Shown: piece after piece, positions 27,095 to 37,204 of the stretch
Position numbering within the stretch: the stretch's first letter is position 1
Layout: the number at the start of each line of letters is the position of its first letter
Assembly: GCA_964616855.1 (NCBI GenBank)
Contig: CAZTUJ010000001.1
Span: 451,102-515,101 of the forward strand
Length of the DNA: 64,000 nt
Origin: an uncultured Gammaproteobacteria bacterium
Lineage (GTDB): Bacteria; Patescibacteriota; Patescibacteriia; Patescibacteriales; UBA12465
Reading direction: 5' to 3'
Notes under the pieces: generated by a model
Told to the model about the DNA's origin: nothing
What the model saw: the letters and a program-made list of their open reading frames with translations, nothing else
Database searches by the model: none
Position numbers and translations under genes: made by a program

Positions 27095-29659
27095 TTATAA
27101 AGAAGCGGGAGTAGGAGCGGAACTAGAGCGAGCAGAGCTAAAACTGGGAGCGGGCGTCTCCGTACGGCGAATAATTTCCGCTTCCACAATTTTGCGATCC
27201 TGCCCAAACTTCAAGCGACTTAAAGCCCTAATTTTTGGAGAGACTCCTTCCCTCTTAATCCCCACTAGCGGCCAGATGGTTTTCATGGAAAAAGGCCGAC
27301 TGGGGCTGTTATCAACTAAGAGTTTAATATAAGCGGTACCCTTGTCAATGTTAATCAAGTCATAGGCATTAAAAACCGGAGAAAACTCTTTAACCAGAAA
27401 CTCCGCATCTTCCGTACCGATTTTAAAAGTAATCATGGTACCGACGTTACCAAAAACCGCATCTTTAATTTCCGTATTATTATTCTTACTCAATTGACCA
27501 ATATACTGATGAGCAATAACTAAATTCAAGGCATACTTACGAGCTTCCGAAAGAATCTGACAAATGGAATTAGTGGTGAAATTTTGAAACTCATCAATAT
27601 AAAGATAAAAATCTTTGCGCTGATCGGCGGGCATATCTGTACGTGATAAAGCCGCCATCAAAATTTTACCCACTACAATCATACCAAGCAGATAAGCATT
27701 CATTTCCCCGACCACACCTTTGGGTAGATCAATTAAAAGAATTTTCTGTCGATCCATTAAGTCTCGAAAATTAAAAGAGCTTTTTTGCTGGCCAATAATA
27801 GGCCGCATCATATCATTGGAAATGAAAGCGGTGAGCTTAGAAGTGATATAAGGCACGATGTTAGCCAAAGCAGCGTCGCCGCCGGCTTTCTCCGCCTCTT
27901 TCTTCCAAAAATCAACCACGGTCCGATTATGACAACGGGAAAGCTTCATCCTACGGAAATTTTCATCCGATAAAACTTTCGGGATCTCCATAAGAGTCGA
28001 GCCGCTTTCCGGGTCCTCCATAATCAGAAGTAAGGCGTTACGCATATACTGTTCAAACATCGGCCCGCCGGTCTGCTTCAAATCATACAGCTTATCAAAG
28101 ATGCCAATCATTTCGTTAATGACAAAACTTTTTTGTTCAGGATAACGAGGATCATATTCCAAAAGATTGAGCGCTAAAGGTCTTTCTAAGTCAGCCGGGG
28201 AAAAGATAACAACGTCCTCCGCTCTTTCCGGGGGCATGCGTTGCAAAATATCTTCAATCAAATCGCCGTGAGGATCTAAGACACAAACGCCTTCGCCATT
28301 TTGAATATCCTGGATAGCCATATTGGCCAGCAAAACTGATTTACCGACACCAGATTTACCGATAACATAGGTGTGTCGACGGCGATCCTGGCGTTTAATG
28401 CGGATATCCTTTTTCACACCCCGGTAAACATTTTGACCGAGCATTAAGCCATCGGCAGGAACATCGGCAGGCGCGGGTGCATTTTTCGCCGTTAACCACA
28501 AAATATTCGGAGTCTCCATATGCTTTAAAGGCAAATGGAAAAGACTGGTCAATTCTTCTGTATTCAACAAAAAGTCATTATCTTCACGAAAACGACGATA
28601 GATAAAATCTTTGATTTGGCGCTCCTGCCCAGTTTTTATGGCTCTAGAAAAATTATTACCGTAACTATAATTATTATATTCTGTAAAAACGCTAGCAATA
28701 TTTTCTAAATAAGCGGCGGAACGCTCTTTAGTAGCACTAGAAACAATTAATCTTAAATTTACATCTAAACCTGCTCGTAGATTTTTTTCTTCAATCGATT
28801 TCAACATCTCTTCTTCCACCGCCGATAAACGCTTGGGGGCGTTAGCGGTAGGATTATTCTGATCTTTTTTAGCACTACTGTTGAATAAATCGCCAAAGAA
28901 AGTAAAAGCTTGGGAAATACTACCCCGACGAATCCCCTCTGTTACTGAATTTTTCTCTTGAATACGGCGAACAATGCGACGGACGCGCCGATGCCAAACA
29001 CCATAAGCACTACGAACGACATACTGTAAAGCCACGCTTTCCTCTTTTTCCAACTTAGACATGATGTTAATTAAGGAATTAAGCGGGTCAACCTCCATCT
29101 TCTGATAAGTACGTAAGGGCAAAACAAAACTTTTACGAGTTTTTAAAAAAGCGGCGGCAATTTGTCCGTTCATGCCAAAAACATTATAGTCTTCAATCTC
29201 CTCAATCACTGCCTCTGGATAATGAGCGGTGATTTGCTGTTCTAGATAACGGGCCAGATGCCGCGGCGCAGCGGCATAAAAAGCAATCTTATTGCGGCTA
29301 GCTACTATTTCAAAGGCAAAATGATCATTACGCCCCAAGAGCCAAGCGGTAAAGCCTCTTTGCGCTTTTAGACCGCCAATGCTAGCAAAGATAGTTTCAC
29401 CTTTAGCAATTTCTTCCCGCATCTGCTGCAAAGAAGTGTCTTTATTTTCATCTTTTGGCTTTTCTTTGGGTAAGCGGATAAGAAAAACTTGGTGATCAAA
29501 ATAGGCGTTATCAACAGAAAAGCGCCGTACAAAGAAACGAAAAGCAAAGACCAGCCCAACAAGAATAAGCAGGGCTGCTAAAAATATCAAAACCGCAAAA
29601 ACACCGGCGCCTAGATCGGTTTTGAAAAATGTTAAAAGATTAAGCCAGGCGGAAGACAT
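27095..29659 (-). CDS. VirD4/TraG-like (T4CP/HerA-like) membrane ATPase, CPR type
   Basis: N-terminal TM, RRRHTYVIGKSGVGKS, LDPHGD, LYIDEFQNF, SEARKY..AHQ. Confidence 0.85.
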   Translation of the reverse strand: MSSAWLNLLTFFKTDLGAGVFAVLIFLAALLILVGLVFAFRFFVRRFSVDNAYFDHQVFLIRLPKEKPKDENKDTSLQQMREEIAKGETIFASIGGLKAQRGFTAWLLGRNDHFAFEIVASRNKIAFYAAAPRHLARYLEQQITAHYPEAVIEEIEDYNVFGMNGQIAAAFLKTRKSFVLPLRTYQKMEVDPLNSLINIMSKLEKEESVALQYVVRSAYGVWHRRVRRIVRRIQEKNSVTEGIRRGSISQAFTFFGDLFNSSAKKDQNNPTANAPKRLSAVEEEMLKSIEEKNLRAGLDVNLRLIVSSATKERSAAYLENIASVFTEYNNYSYGNNFSRAIKTGQERQIKDFIYRRFREDNDFLLNTEELTSLFHLPLKHMETPNILWLTAKNAPAPADVPADGLMLGQNVYRGVKKDIRIKRQDRRRHTYVIGKSGVGKSVLLANMAIQDIQNGEGVCVLDPHGDLIEDILQRMPPERAEDVVIFSPADLERPLALNLLEYDPRYPEQKSFVINEMIGIFDKLYDLKQTGGPMFEQYMRNALLLIMEDPESGSTLMEIPKVLSDENFRRMKLSRCHNRTVVDFWKKEAEKAGGDAALANIVPYITSKLTAFISNDMMRPIIGQQKSSFNFRDLMDRQKILLIDLPKGVVGEMNAYLLGMIVVGKILMAALSRTDMPADQRKDFYLYIDEFQNFTTNSICQILSEARKYALNLVIAHQYIGQLSKNNNTEIKDAVFGNVGTMITFKIGTEDAEFLVKEFSPVFNAYDLINIDKGTAYIKLLVDNSPSRPFSMKTIWPLVGIKREGVSPKIRALSRLKFGQDRKIVEAEIIRRTETPAPSFSSARSSSAPTPASL

Positions 29660-29662
29660 AAT

Positions 29663-30151
29663 TTAAAGATTTTTTTTCATTTTTAAAATTTTATCTGCTT
29701 TTATTTTTGCTTCCTGTTCCAGAAAAAATTTATTAACATGCGGAATTAAAGCCAACCAACGTCTAATTAAAACGACTAATTTAGCCACCCCCACCTTAGC
29801 CTTACTTAAAAGAACACTAATTTTAGTAGCCGCTTTCTCCCCTTCCGCTTTGAAATTTGCCTGTTCTTGCGGGCTCATCTGCAAAAAGACCTGATCCAAG
29901 CCATCGGCTAAAATATTTTCAATTGCTTGTACGCGGGCACGCTCATCCGTACTAAGAGTATCCGCAACTGAAATCGGAACAGGACTAGCGATGGGCAAAG
30001 GCTCTTTAGCTAAATCTTTCTTAGGCAAAGAATCCAACTTAGGTTCTAGCTTTTCAAAAGAAGACTCTACCCCCTTTTCCGCTTTAGTCGGGGCTAAGGG
30101 GCGTTCGCTGCCGCCAGTTATCTGTTTTTCTAAGGAATTTTCCACTGACAT
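29663..30151 (-). CDS. Hypothetical protein directly upstream of the T4CP-like gene
   Basis: Start moved to MSVENS (30151) because the longer ORF overlaps the ferredoxin; C-terminal 'IP.VNKFFLEQEAKIK'. Confidence 0.7.
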   Translation of the reverse strand: MSVENSLEKQITGGSERPLAPTKAEKGVESSFEKLEPKLDSLPKKDLAKEPLPIASPVPISVADTLSTDERARVQAIENILADGLDQVFLQMSPQEQANFKAEGEKAATKISVLLSKAKVGVAKLVVLIRRWLALIPHVNKFFLEQEAKIKADKILKMKKNL

Positions 30152-30152
30152 A

Positions 30153-30323
30153 CTAAACGGTAATGGCGTTAACCGGACAGCTAGCAGCGGCGTTACGAGC
30201 GCAAGCCTCATCAAGTTGAGCAATTACTTCCGACTTGCCATCAGCATTCATCTGAAAGACTGTCGGGCAAATTCCAGCACACAAACCACAACCAATACAC
30301 TTATTCTGATCAACACTAATCAT
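30153..30323 (-). CDS. Ferredoxin, 56 aa (absent from ORF track)
   Basis: MISVDQNKCIGCGLCAGICPTVFQMNADGKSEVIAQLDEACARNAAASCPVNAITV. Confidence 0.92.
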   Translation of the reverse strand: MISVDQNKCIGCGLCAGICPTVFQMNADGKSEVIAQLDEACARNAAASCPVNAITV

Positions 30324-30496
30324 AAATTTATCAGCGGAAAAACAGTACGCTTGCGCCTACCGCCCTTCCTTCCTTTTTTAAAATATTAATACCCAAATTA
30401 TAGCATATTTTTAAAAAAATAACAGCTGTAAAACAGGGCAATTTTTAGTTCTAAAAGCGTGCAAAAGAAGCTTTAAAAAAGGAAAAATACTAATAG

Positions 30497-30525
30497 TTGA
30501 CAAGGATAAAATATTTTGTTATATT
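30497..30525 (+). promoter_or_regulatory. sigma70 promoter of rpmA
   Basis: TTGACA-17-TATATT with upstream TG. Confidence 0.7.
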
Positions 30526-30608
30526 AGCTGTATTGATTTAAAAATCTTTAACGAAAAAGCGGCTGGCCGTTTTCTTTTTATTAGGGCGACGGCTGCCTCT
30601 AAACCTGT

Positions 30609-30884
30609 ATGGCACATAAGAAAGCCGCCGGTTCAACTTCATTAGGTCGCGATTCAGAAAGTAAACGCTTAGGCGTCAAGCTTTCCGACGGCCAAGTAGC
30701 GAAACCCGGCAACATCATCATCCGCCAACGCGGAACTAAATACCATCCGGGCGAGAATGTCCGTCGCGGTAACGACGACACACTCTTTGCAGTGGCCGAT
30801 GGTAAAGTTAAATTCAGCACCAAGAAATTGAAGAAATTTGACGGCAATCTGAAGACTACAAAAATTGTCAGCGTCATTAAATAA
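30609..30884 (+). CDS. rpmA: 50S ribosomal protein L27
   Basis: [20 protein letters not shown]. Confidence 0.98.
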   Translation: MAHKKAAGSTSLGRDSESKRLGVKLSDGQVAKPGNIIIRQRGTKYHPGENVRRGNDDTLFAVADGKVKFSTKKLKKFDGNLKTTKIVSVIK

Positions 30885-30900
30885 ATATACTCTTCCCTAT

Positions 30901-30932
30901 AAAAACACCCCGGATTAATTCCGGGGTGTTTT
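30901..30932. terminator. Bidirectional terminator
   Basis: AAAACACCCCGGA-ttaat-TCCGGGGTGTTTT. Confidence 0.85.
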
Positions 30933-30951
30933 AATTTACCTAATTTGATTA

Positions 30952-32634
30952 TTATTTTCCTCCTAAGCAGGCCTTTACAAAGGCAACAAAGAGGGGGTGC
31001 GGCGATAAAGGCCGAGAAATATATTCAGGATGAAACTGAACGCCCACAAAAAAGGGATGATTTTTTAATTCAATGGCTTCTACAATCTGCTTATCAGGTG
31101 AGGTACCCGCAATCACCAAGCCTAAACTTTCAAAGCGAGTGCGATAATCATTATTAAATTCATAGCGATGGCGATGCCGCTCGGAAACGACTTTTTCCTT
31201 TGTATATTTAGCATAGGCTGCAGCTAAACGCGTTCCAGGATGCAAGAGACAAGGCCAACCACCAAGACGAATAGTGCCACCATAGCCTTTTTCCGCAATT
31301 AATTTTTCCTGTCCCGGCATGATGTGAATTACCGGATCGGGAGTCTTGGGATCAACTTCAGCGGAGTTAGCGGCTTTTAAGCCAGCCACATTACGGGCAA
31401 ATTCAATCACTGCCATCTGCATGCCGTAGCACAAACCGAAATAAGGAATCTTCTTTTCGCGACAATATTTAATCGCCGTAATTTTACCTTCTGCTCCGCG
31501 ACCACCCCAACCTTGAGGAATAATCAGACCGTCCATCCCCCTCAAGACGGATACACCTTTTTTCTCCACCTCTTCAGCACTCAGCCAGTGCAACTCTACC
31601 TTGCTGTGATTAGCAGCCGCCGCGTGCTTCACAGACTCAATTACGGAAATATAGGAGTCAGTTAAAGAAAAATCGCCGGTGGCAAAATACTTACCAACAA
31701 TGCCAATTTTTATCCGATGATTGTGCTGTTTGGTGGCAGCCACAAATTTTTTCCAAGCAATATTATCAGGAATCTTTCTTCGTAAAGGTAAATTTAATTT
31801 TTCTAAAATATGCAGGCTCAAATTCTCTTTTTCAAAATTTAACGGAATATCGTAGATAGAGTCAGCATCGGGAGCGGCAATGACATCGGCAATAGCGACG
31901 TTGCAATGAATAGCCAGCTTCTCTTTGCGGGCATTATCAATTGGCTGTTCACTGCGAGCAATTAAGAAATCCGGTTGGATACCAGCACTATTTAAACTGC
32001 GGACAGCGTGCTGAGTGGGCTTAGTCTTCATTTCCCCAATTTTACTGGGCACGGGCAAATAAGAGACCATGACAAAAAGGACATCCTTAGGATTATATAA
32101 CTTCATTACTCTAGCAGCTTCTAGGAACAAGAGATTTTCATATTCACCCACCGTGCCCCCCACTTCAATAATCATAATCTCCGCGCCGCTCTTTTCTACC
32201 GCCTTATCAATTCGCGCCCTGATTTCCATAGGAATATGAGGCACAACCTGGACACATTTACCTTTATATTCAAGATTACGCTCCCGGTTAATCACGGTTT
32301 GATAAATACGACCGGTGGTCATGTAATTTTCCCGGTAAATATTTTTACCCAAAAAACGCTCGTAATTACCTAAGTCCTGATCGGTTTCATCACCGTCTTC
32401 AGTTACAAAAACTTCCCCGTGTTCAATCGGATTCATGGTGCCGGCGTCAACATTGATATAGGGATCCATCTTAATAGCGCTAACCTTATAGCCCCGCGCC
32501 TGCAGAATTTGACCAATAGAGGCGGTACTAACGCCTTTACCTACACCCGACATCACACCACCAACCACAAAAATAAATTTGGGATTTGCAGCTTTAGCTT
32601 TTTCGGTTCCGCTCTTTTTTTTCGCTTTTTGCAT
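30952..32634 (-). CDS. pyrG: CTP synthase
   Basis: GGVMSGVGKG, KMDPYINVDAGTM, GLCYGMQ, RHRHRYE, QFHPE. Confidence 0.97.
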   Translation of the reverse strand: MQKAKKKSGTEKAKAANPKFIFVVGGVMSGVGKGVSTASIGQILQARGYKVSAIKMDPYINVDAGTMNPIEHGEVFVTEDGDETDQDLGNYERFLGKNIYRENYMTTGRIYQTVINRERNLEYKGKCVQVVPHIPMEIRARIDKAVEKSGAEIMIIEVGGTVGEYENLLFLEAARVMKLYNPKDVLFVMVSYLPVPSKIGEMKTKPTQHAVRSLNSAGIQPDFLIARSEQPIDNARKEKLAIHCNVAIADVIAAPDADSIYDIPLNFEKENLSLHILEKLNLPLRRKIPDNIAWKKFVAATKQHNHRIKIGIVGKYFATGDFSLTDSYISVIESVKHAAAANHSKVELHWLSAEEVEKKGVSVLRGMDGLIIPQGWGGRGAEGKITAIKYCREKKIPYFGLCYGMQMAVIEFARNVAGLKAANSAEVDPKTPDPVIHIMPGQEKLIAEKGYGGTIRLGGWPCLLHPGTRLAAAYAKYTKEKVVSERHRHRYEFNNDYRTRFESLGLVIAGTSPDKQIVEAIELKNHPFFVGVQFHPEYISRPLSPHPLFVAFVKACLGGK

Positions 32635-32675
32635 AAGGAGAGAAAATCAGCCGACGCCATAAGCGCCCGACCTAA

Positions 32676-33914
32676 TTATTTAGTGACTTCCGCCGGCTTC
32701 AAAATTAGCTCTAAAGCCTTAACCATTTGCGGGTCTTTATTTTTATCAACGTCTTCTTTACTTAATTTAATTTCTAAATCAGGAGTAATGCCCTTTTCAT
32801 TAATAAAATCACCATTAGGAGTCAACCACTTAGCGACAGTAATCTTTAAGGCAGAACCATCACTTAAATCCCGTAAGCTCTGCACTGAGCCTTTGCCAAA
32901 AGACTGTTCACCGACAATCGTCGCCTTTTTATAGTCACGTAAAGCCCCGGCCACGATTTCCGAAGCCGAAGCACTACCACCATTAATTAAAACTACCGTT
33001 TTGAAGCCACCTAAGCTAGGATTACCCTCAGCAAAATATTCTTGGCGCTTCCCTTCACCAAACTGTTCAACTACCACCGGCCCTTCTTTTACCCAAGCGC
33101 TGGCCATGGAAATAGCGGTATCTAAATAACCACCAGGATTATTGCGCAGATCTAAAATGATGCCTTTAGGGTTCTTGGTGAGCGCGGTTTTAACGGCTTG
33201 ATTAAATAAACCCATGGTATCGTCATTAAAATTGCTAACCGTAATAACCATAACGCCATCGTTACGCAACTCAGTCTTAACGCTCTTAACCACAATCAAA
33301 CCACGGACGATTTTAATTTCCAAGGGTTTATCTTCATCTTCACGGATTAAGGTCAAAGTAACCTCAGTTCCCTTTTCTCCTCTGATTTTTTTTACGGCTT
33401 CATCAACGCTTAAACCTAAAGTGCTGACACCATCAATGGCATAAATTTTATCACCCGCCTTGACCCCCGCTTTTTCGGCGGGCATTCCTGCTAAGGGGGC
33501 AATGATGGTGATAATGTCCTTACGCATACCTACTTCAGCGCCAATACCCTCAAAAGTGCCGGAAAGATCGTCGGCAAACTCTTTTGCTTCTTTAGGGTCC
33601 ATGAAGACAGTATAGGGATCGTCCATAGAAGCAGCTAGGCCCCGTAAAGAACCGTAAAACATTTCTTCATCTTTAACTTTATTCTTATCCACATAATCAC
33701 TGCGCAATTTATCCCAAACTTCCCAATAAAGGTTAAAGTCAAAAGCTGTCTCTGAATTAGCTTGTTTAGATTCGGGTGAATAGGCAATAATCTTGGAAGA
33801 ATTATCTTTTCCCGCCCAAGATAAGCCAGCGGCAAAAGAGGCGCCCATTAATAAAATAATGGCGAGCCAAGACCATTTATTTTTTTTCACTTGATAGTTT
33901 TCAGAATTATTCAT
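32676..33914 (-). CDS. S41 C-terminal processing protease (CtpA-like, PDZ)
   Basis: DPYT, DLRNNPGG, SASASEI, SFGKGSVQ. Confidence 0.93.
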   Translation of the reverse strand: MNNSENYQVKKNKWSWLAIILLMGASFAAGLSWAGKDNSSKIIAYSPESKQANSETAFDFNLYWEVWDKLRSDYVDKNKVKDEEMFYGSLRGLAASMDDPYTVFMDPKEAKEFADDLSGTFEGIGAEVGMRKDIITIIAPLAGMPAEKAGVKAGDKIYAIDGVSTLGLSVDEAVKKIRGEKGTEVTLTLIREDEDKPLEIKIVRGLIVVKSVKTELRNDGVMVITVSNFNDDTMGLFNQAVKTALTKNPKGIILDLRNNPGGYLDTAISMASAWVKEGPVVVEQFGEGKRQEYFAEGNPSLGGFKTVVLINGGSASASEIVAGALRDYKKATIVGEQSFGKGSVQSLRDLSDGSALKITVAKWLTPNGDFINEKGITPDLEIKLSKEDVDKNKDPQMVKALELILKPAEVTK

Positions 33915-33923
33915 AAGTAATAA

Positions 33924-34517
33924 TTATTTTCTTAAAATTTCTACCCCGCCATCAGGCCGCAAGCGCAAGAGACGAGAAGCGCGAGCACTATTTTTACCGC
34001 CGCTTAACAATAAATCAGGACGCGGCTCTTTTTTAAAAACTACTTTGGCGGCCACGGCGTCCAAAACAGCCTTGCCACTAAAATTAGCACTGGTAGAAAC
34101 TAAGGGGACGCCTAGGGCTCTTATCATTTTACGCAAAAAAATACTTTTGGGCAAACGCACAGCCAATTCCGAACTACCAGCGGTCAAAGATTGCGGTAAT
34201 AATCCTCGGTGAGGTAATAAAACTGAACTGGGACGATGGTTCTGCCAGATTATTTTTAAACCATTCATCTGCCCTTTATTAATCCGACAAAATTTACGAG
34301 CCATACTTAGACTGGAAACTAGGACTAACAAGGGTTTGCCGCGATCACGTCTTTTAATATTAAAAATCCGAGCAATTGACTTCTCCTTATCAGCACGACA
34401 AGACAAGCCATAAATAGTATCAGTCGGTAGCATCAATACCTCTCCTTGGCGTAAACGAGCGACTAAGTGGCGACGTAAAGCCGCGTCATCTTTTCTCTTC
34501 CAAGAAATGATTTCCAT
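33924..34517 (-). CDS. tsaC: Threonylcarbamoyl-AMP synthase (TsaC/Sua5 family)
   Basis: PTDTIYGL, K.R..KPL, STSANFSG. Confidence 0.88.
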   Translation of the reverse strand: MEIISWKRKDDAALRRHLVARLRQGEVLMLPTDTIYGLSCRADKEKSIARIFNIKRRDRGKPLLVLVSSLSMARKFCRINKGQMNGLKIIWQNHRPSSVLLPHRGLLPQSLTAGSSELAVRLPKSIFLRKMIRALGVPLVSTSANFSGKAVLDAVAAKVVFKKEPRPDLLLSGGKNSARASRLLRLRPDGGVEILRK

Positions 34518-34520
34518 ATT

Positions 34521-35036
34521 CTAAATCAAGGACTGCAGAGCCTTAAGGGCTTCGGGTAAAACCGGCATCACAATCTTTACCACCTTTAAGAAAAAAGGAG
34601 CGACTTGCGAAGACACTAATTTATCTCCGAATAAACTGCCGATCCAGGCGTAACGAGAAACAACAAATAAAATAAGACCGATAAACAAAGAACCCTCTAA
34701 AAGACCCAGGGCTCCACCTAATAAGCGATTAATAGTTTTGGTGAAAGGAATGATGGAAATGAGATTAAAAACCTTTTCCAAAAGGACAAAAACCCAATCT
34801 ACTAACATTGTCACCACCACAAACACCACGATAAAGGCAATGACTTTACCTAGACTCTCGCGGCCACCAAAAAAACTCTGACTCCATTCATAAAATTGCA
34901 AATAGAAACGGCTGGCAATAAAAGCGCCGATAATCAAACCAACGATGTTGCCTAAAAGTCTAATTAAACCTTTACTTAAACCGTTAAAGACGAAACCGGC
35001 GACAACAACCAACAACGCGATGTCAAAATAAGACAT
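34521..35036 (-). CDS. CvpA-family membrane protein
   Basis: 'D...G..KG', 'NRLLGGALG', hydrophobic. Confidence 0.85.
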   Translation of the reverse strand: MSYFDIALLVVVAGFVFNGLSKGLIRLLGNIVGLIIGAFIASRFYLQFYEWSQSFFGGRESLGKVIAFIVVFVVVTMLVDWVFVLLEKVFNLISIIPFTKTINRLLGGALGLLEGSLFIGLILFVVSRYAWIGSLFGDKLVSSQVAPFFLKVVKIVMPVLPEALKALQSLI

Positions 35037-35040
35037 ATTA

Positions 35041-36495
35041 TTAAGCGGTCTCAGTCGCCGCGGCTAAGCGCGGAAACAAAGACTCGCCCTTTAAAATTTG
35101 AGGACTAGTAAACTGTTTGATAATAGCCGCGGCCGTCAGCGGTAAAAAAGGCTGGAGCATTAAAGCAATGTTTAAAATCCGCTCAGCCAAAGGCTTTAAA
35201 ACTGCTGCCACTTCCTCAGCCACACTTAACTTCCAAGGAGCCTTAGCTGTTAATTCTTCATTGCAGGCAGCAATTTCTTGCCAAATAAACTGCAAAGCCC
35301 GATGGAATTGATAATTAGGCAAATTCGCATCCGCTAATAAACGCCTAATTGCTTCCGCTTGATTAGCCATGAGATTAGTAGCAATCTGATTCTTTTCCAA
35401 AAGAGTGCTCACGCGGGCCACTAAATTACCCAAACCATTAGCTAAATCAGCATTATATTTTTGCAATAAACGCTCTTCGGAAAAATCACTATCTTCAAAA
35501 GGAAGAATCTCCGTTAAAAGGTAATAGCGCAAAGCTTCAGCTCCATATTTTTCGGAAAAAGTAAAAGGATCAACGCCATTACCTAAGCTCTTGCTAATTT
35601 TTTGGCCATTGGCCGTTAAAAATCCAAAAACTAATACTTGTTTAGATAAAGGTAGACCGGCTGACAAAAGCATCGCTTGCCACATAGCTGTTTGCTGACG
35701 CAAATTATCTTTACCGCAAACCTGCACTGCCGGCCAAAAAGCCTGGAATTTAGCCTCATCTTCCGGCCAGCCCAAGGTAGAAATATAATTTACCAAAGCA
35801 TCAAACCAAACATACATTACCTGCTCATCATCTCCCGGCACGGGCACACCGTTAGGCATCTTAGCTTTTAAGCGAGAGATACTGAAGTCTTGTAAACCGC
35901 TGCTGACAAAATTCTTGATTTCCGTAAAACGATGATTAGGAATCACAAAATCAGGATGAGCCTCATAGAAATCTAGCAAAGGCTGTTGATATTTGGAAAA
36001 GCGGAAAAAATAATTTTCTTCTTCAATTAATTCTAAATCGCGGTTAGGATGCAGCGGGCAACGCTCATCCACCAGCTCGGAATCAGTCTTCTCTAATTCA
36101 CAGCCGACACAATATTTCACGCTATACGTTTTTTTATAGATATCACCCTTAGCTTCACAGCGACGCCAAAATTCTTGAGCCGCACTTTCGTGGTGAGGAT
36201 CAGAGGTGCGGATGAAATTAGTAAAACTTAAATTAAGAGCCTCCTGCAAAGAGGCAAAGCGAGCGGCATAGGGGTCACAATAGGCACGAGCCGACAGGCC
36301 GGCCGCCTGTGCTTGCTGAAATATTTTCAAACCATGTTCATCGGTACCGGTATTAAAAAATACCTCCCTACCCTGTAATCTTTGCCAGCGGGCAATGACA
36401 TCCGCCTTCACCATTTCTGCGGCAAAACCAATGTGCGGATCGGAATTAGTATAAGGCAAGGTGGTGGTAATATAAAAATTATTTTCTTTAGACAT
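35041..36495 (-). CDS. metG: Methionyl-tRNA synthetase (short form)
   Basis: FYITTTLPY..PHIGF, GTDEHG, YVWFDAL, KISKSLGN. Confidence 0.95.
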   Translation of the reverse strand: MSKENNFYITTTLPYTNSDPHIGFAAEMVKADVIARWQRLQGREVFFNTGTDEHGLKIFQQAQAAGLSARAYCDPYAARFASLQEALNLSFTNFIRTSDPHHESAAQEFWRRCEAKGDIYKKTYSVKYCVGCELEKTDSELVDERCPLHPNRDLELIEEENYFFRFSKYQQPLLDFYEAHPDFVIPNHRFTEIKNFVSSGLQDFSISRLKAKMPNGVPVPGDDEQVMYVWFDALVNYISTLGWPEDEAKFQAFWPAVQVCGKDNLRQQTAMWQAMLLSAGLPLSKQVLVFGFLTANGQKISKSLGNGVDPFTFSEKYGAEALRYYLLTEILPFEDSDFSEERLLQKYNADLANGLGNLVARVSTLLEKNQIATNLMANQAEAIRRLLADANLPNYQFHRALQFIWQEIAACNEELTAKAPWKLSVAEEVAAVLKPLAERILNIALMLQPFLPLTAAAIIKQFTSPQILKGESLFPRLAAATETA

Positions 36496-36500
36496 AGATT

Positions 36501-37202
36501 TTATTTTAAACGTCTGACTAAAACCACAAATTCCCCTTTTTGCATCTCGGCATCATTTTCCAAACGCTCAGCCAATTCGGCGGGAGTACCGAAATAAAGA
36601 CTTTCAAACATCTTAGTCAGTTCCCGCCCCAACATCATTTGGATATTAAGGCCAGCCTCCTTACTAAAAAGATCAAATTCGCTTAAACACTTTTTCAGAC
36701 GGTGCTTGGACTCATAGAAAGCCACTGGATAATGAGAATTTAATATTTCTTTAATCATGGTTTGTCTTCCTTTTTTGTGAGGAAGAAAGCCAAAGAAAGA
36801 AAAGCGATCAACTGGCCAACCAGATACGGAAAGAGCGGTAATCACGGCGCTAGCGCCGGGAATCGGCACAACGGATAATTCTTCGCCATATTCTTGGCGG
36901 GCAGCCGCCACCAACACTGAACCCGGATCAGAAATTCCCGGCGTCCCAGCATCAGAAACTAGCACTAAATCCTTGCCCTCCCCTAAATAGCGGACTAACT
37001 GCTCAATCTTCCCTAAACCAGAATGCTGATGATAGGAAATAGTCGGCGTCTTAATCTCATATTTATTCAATAACTGCCTGGTAGTCCGCGTATCTTCACA
37101 TAAAACGAAGGCGGCCTCGCGCAAGATGCGCAAGGCCCGCAGGCTGATATCTTCTAGATTACCAATAGGCGTTGCCGCCACAAAAAGAGTACCGAGGGCC
37201 AT
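36501..37202 (-). CDS. rsmI: 16S rRNA C1402 2'-O-methyltransferase
   Basis: TPIGNLEDIS.RA, EDTR, SDAGTP.ISDPG, RELTK. Confidence 0.95.
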   Translation of the reverse strand: MALGTLFVAATPIGNLEDISLRALRILREAAFVLCEDTRTTRQLLNKYEIKTPTISYHQHSGLGKIEQLVRYLGEGKDLVLVSDAGTPGISDPGSVLVAAARQEYGEELSVVPIPGASAVITALSVSGWPVDRFSFFGFLPHKKGRQTMIKEILNSHYPVAFYESKHRLKKCLSEFDLFSKEAGLNIQMMLGRELTKMFESLYFGTPAELAERLENDAEMQKGEFVVLVRRLK

Positions 37203-37204
37203 AA

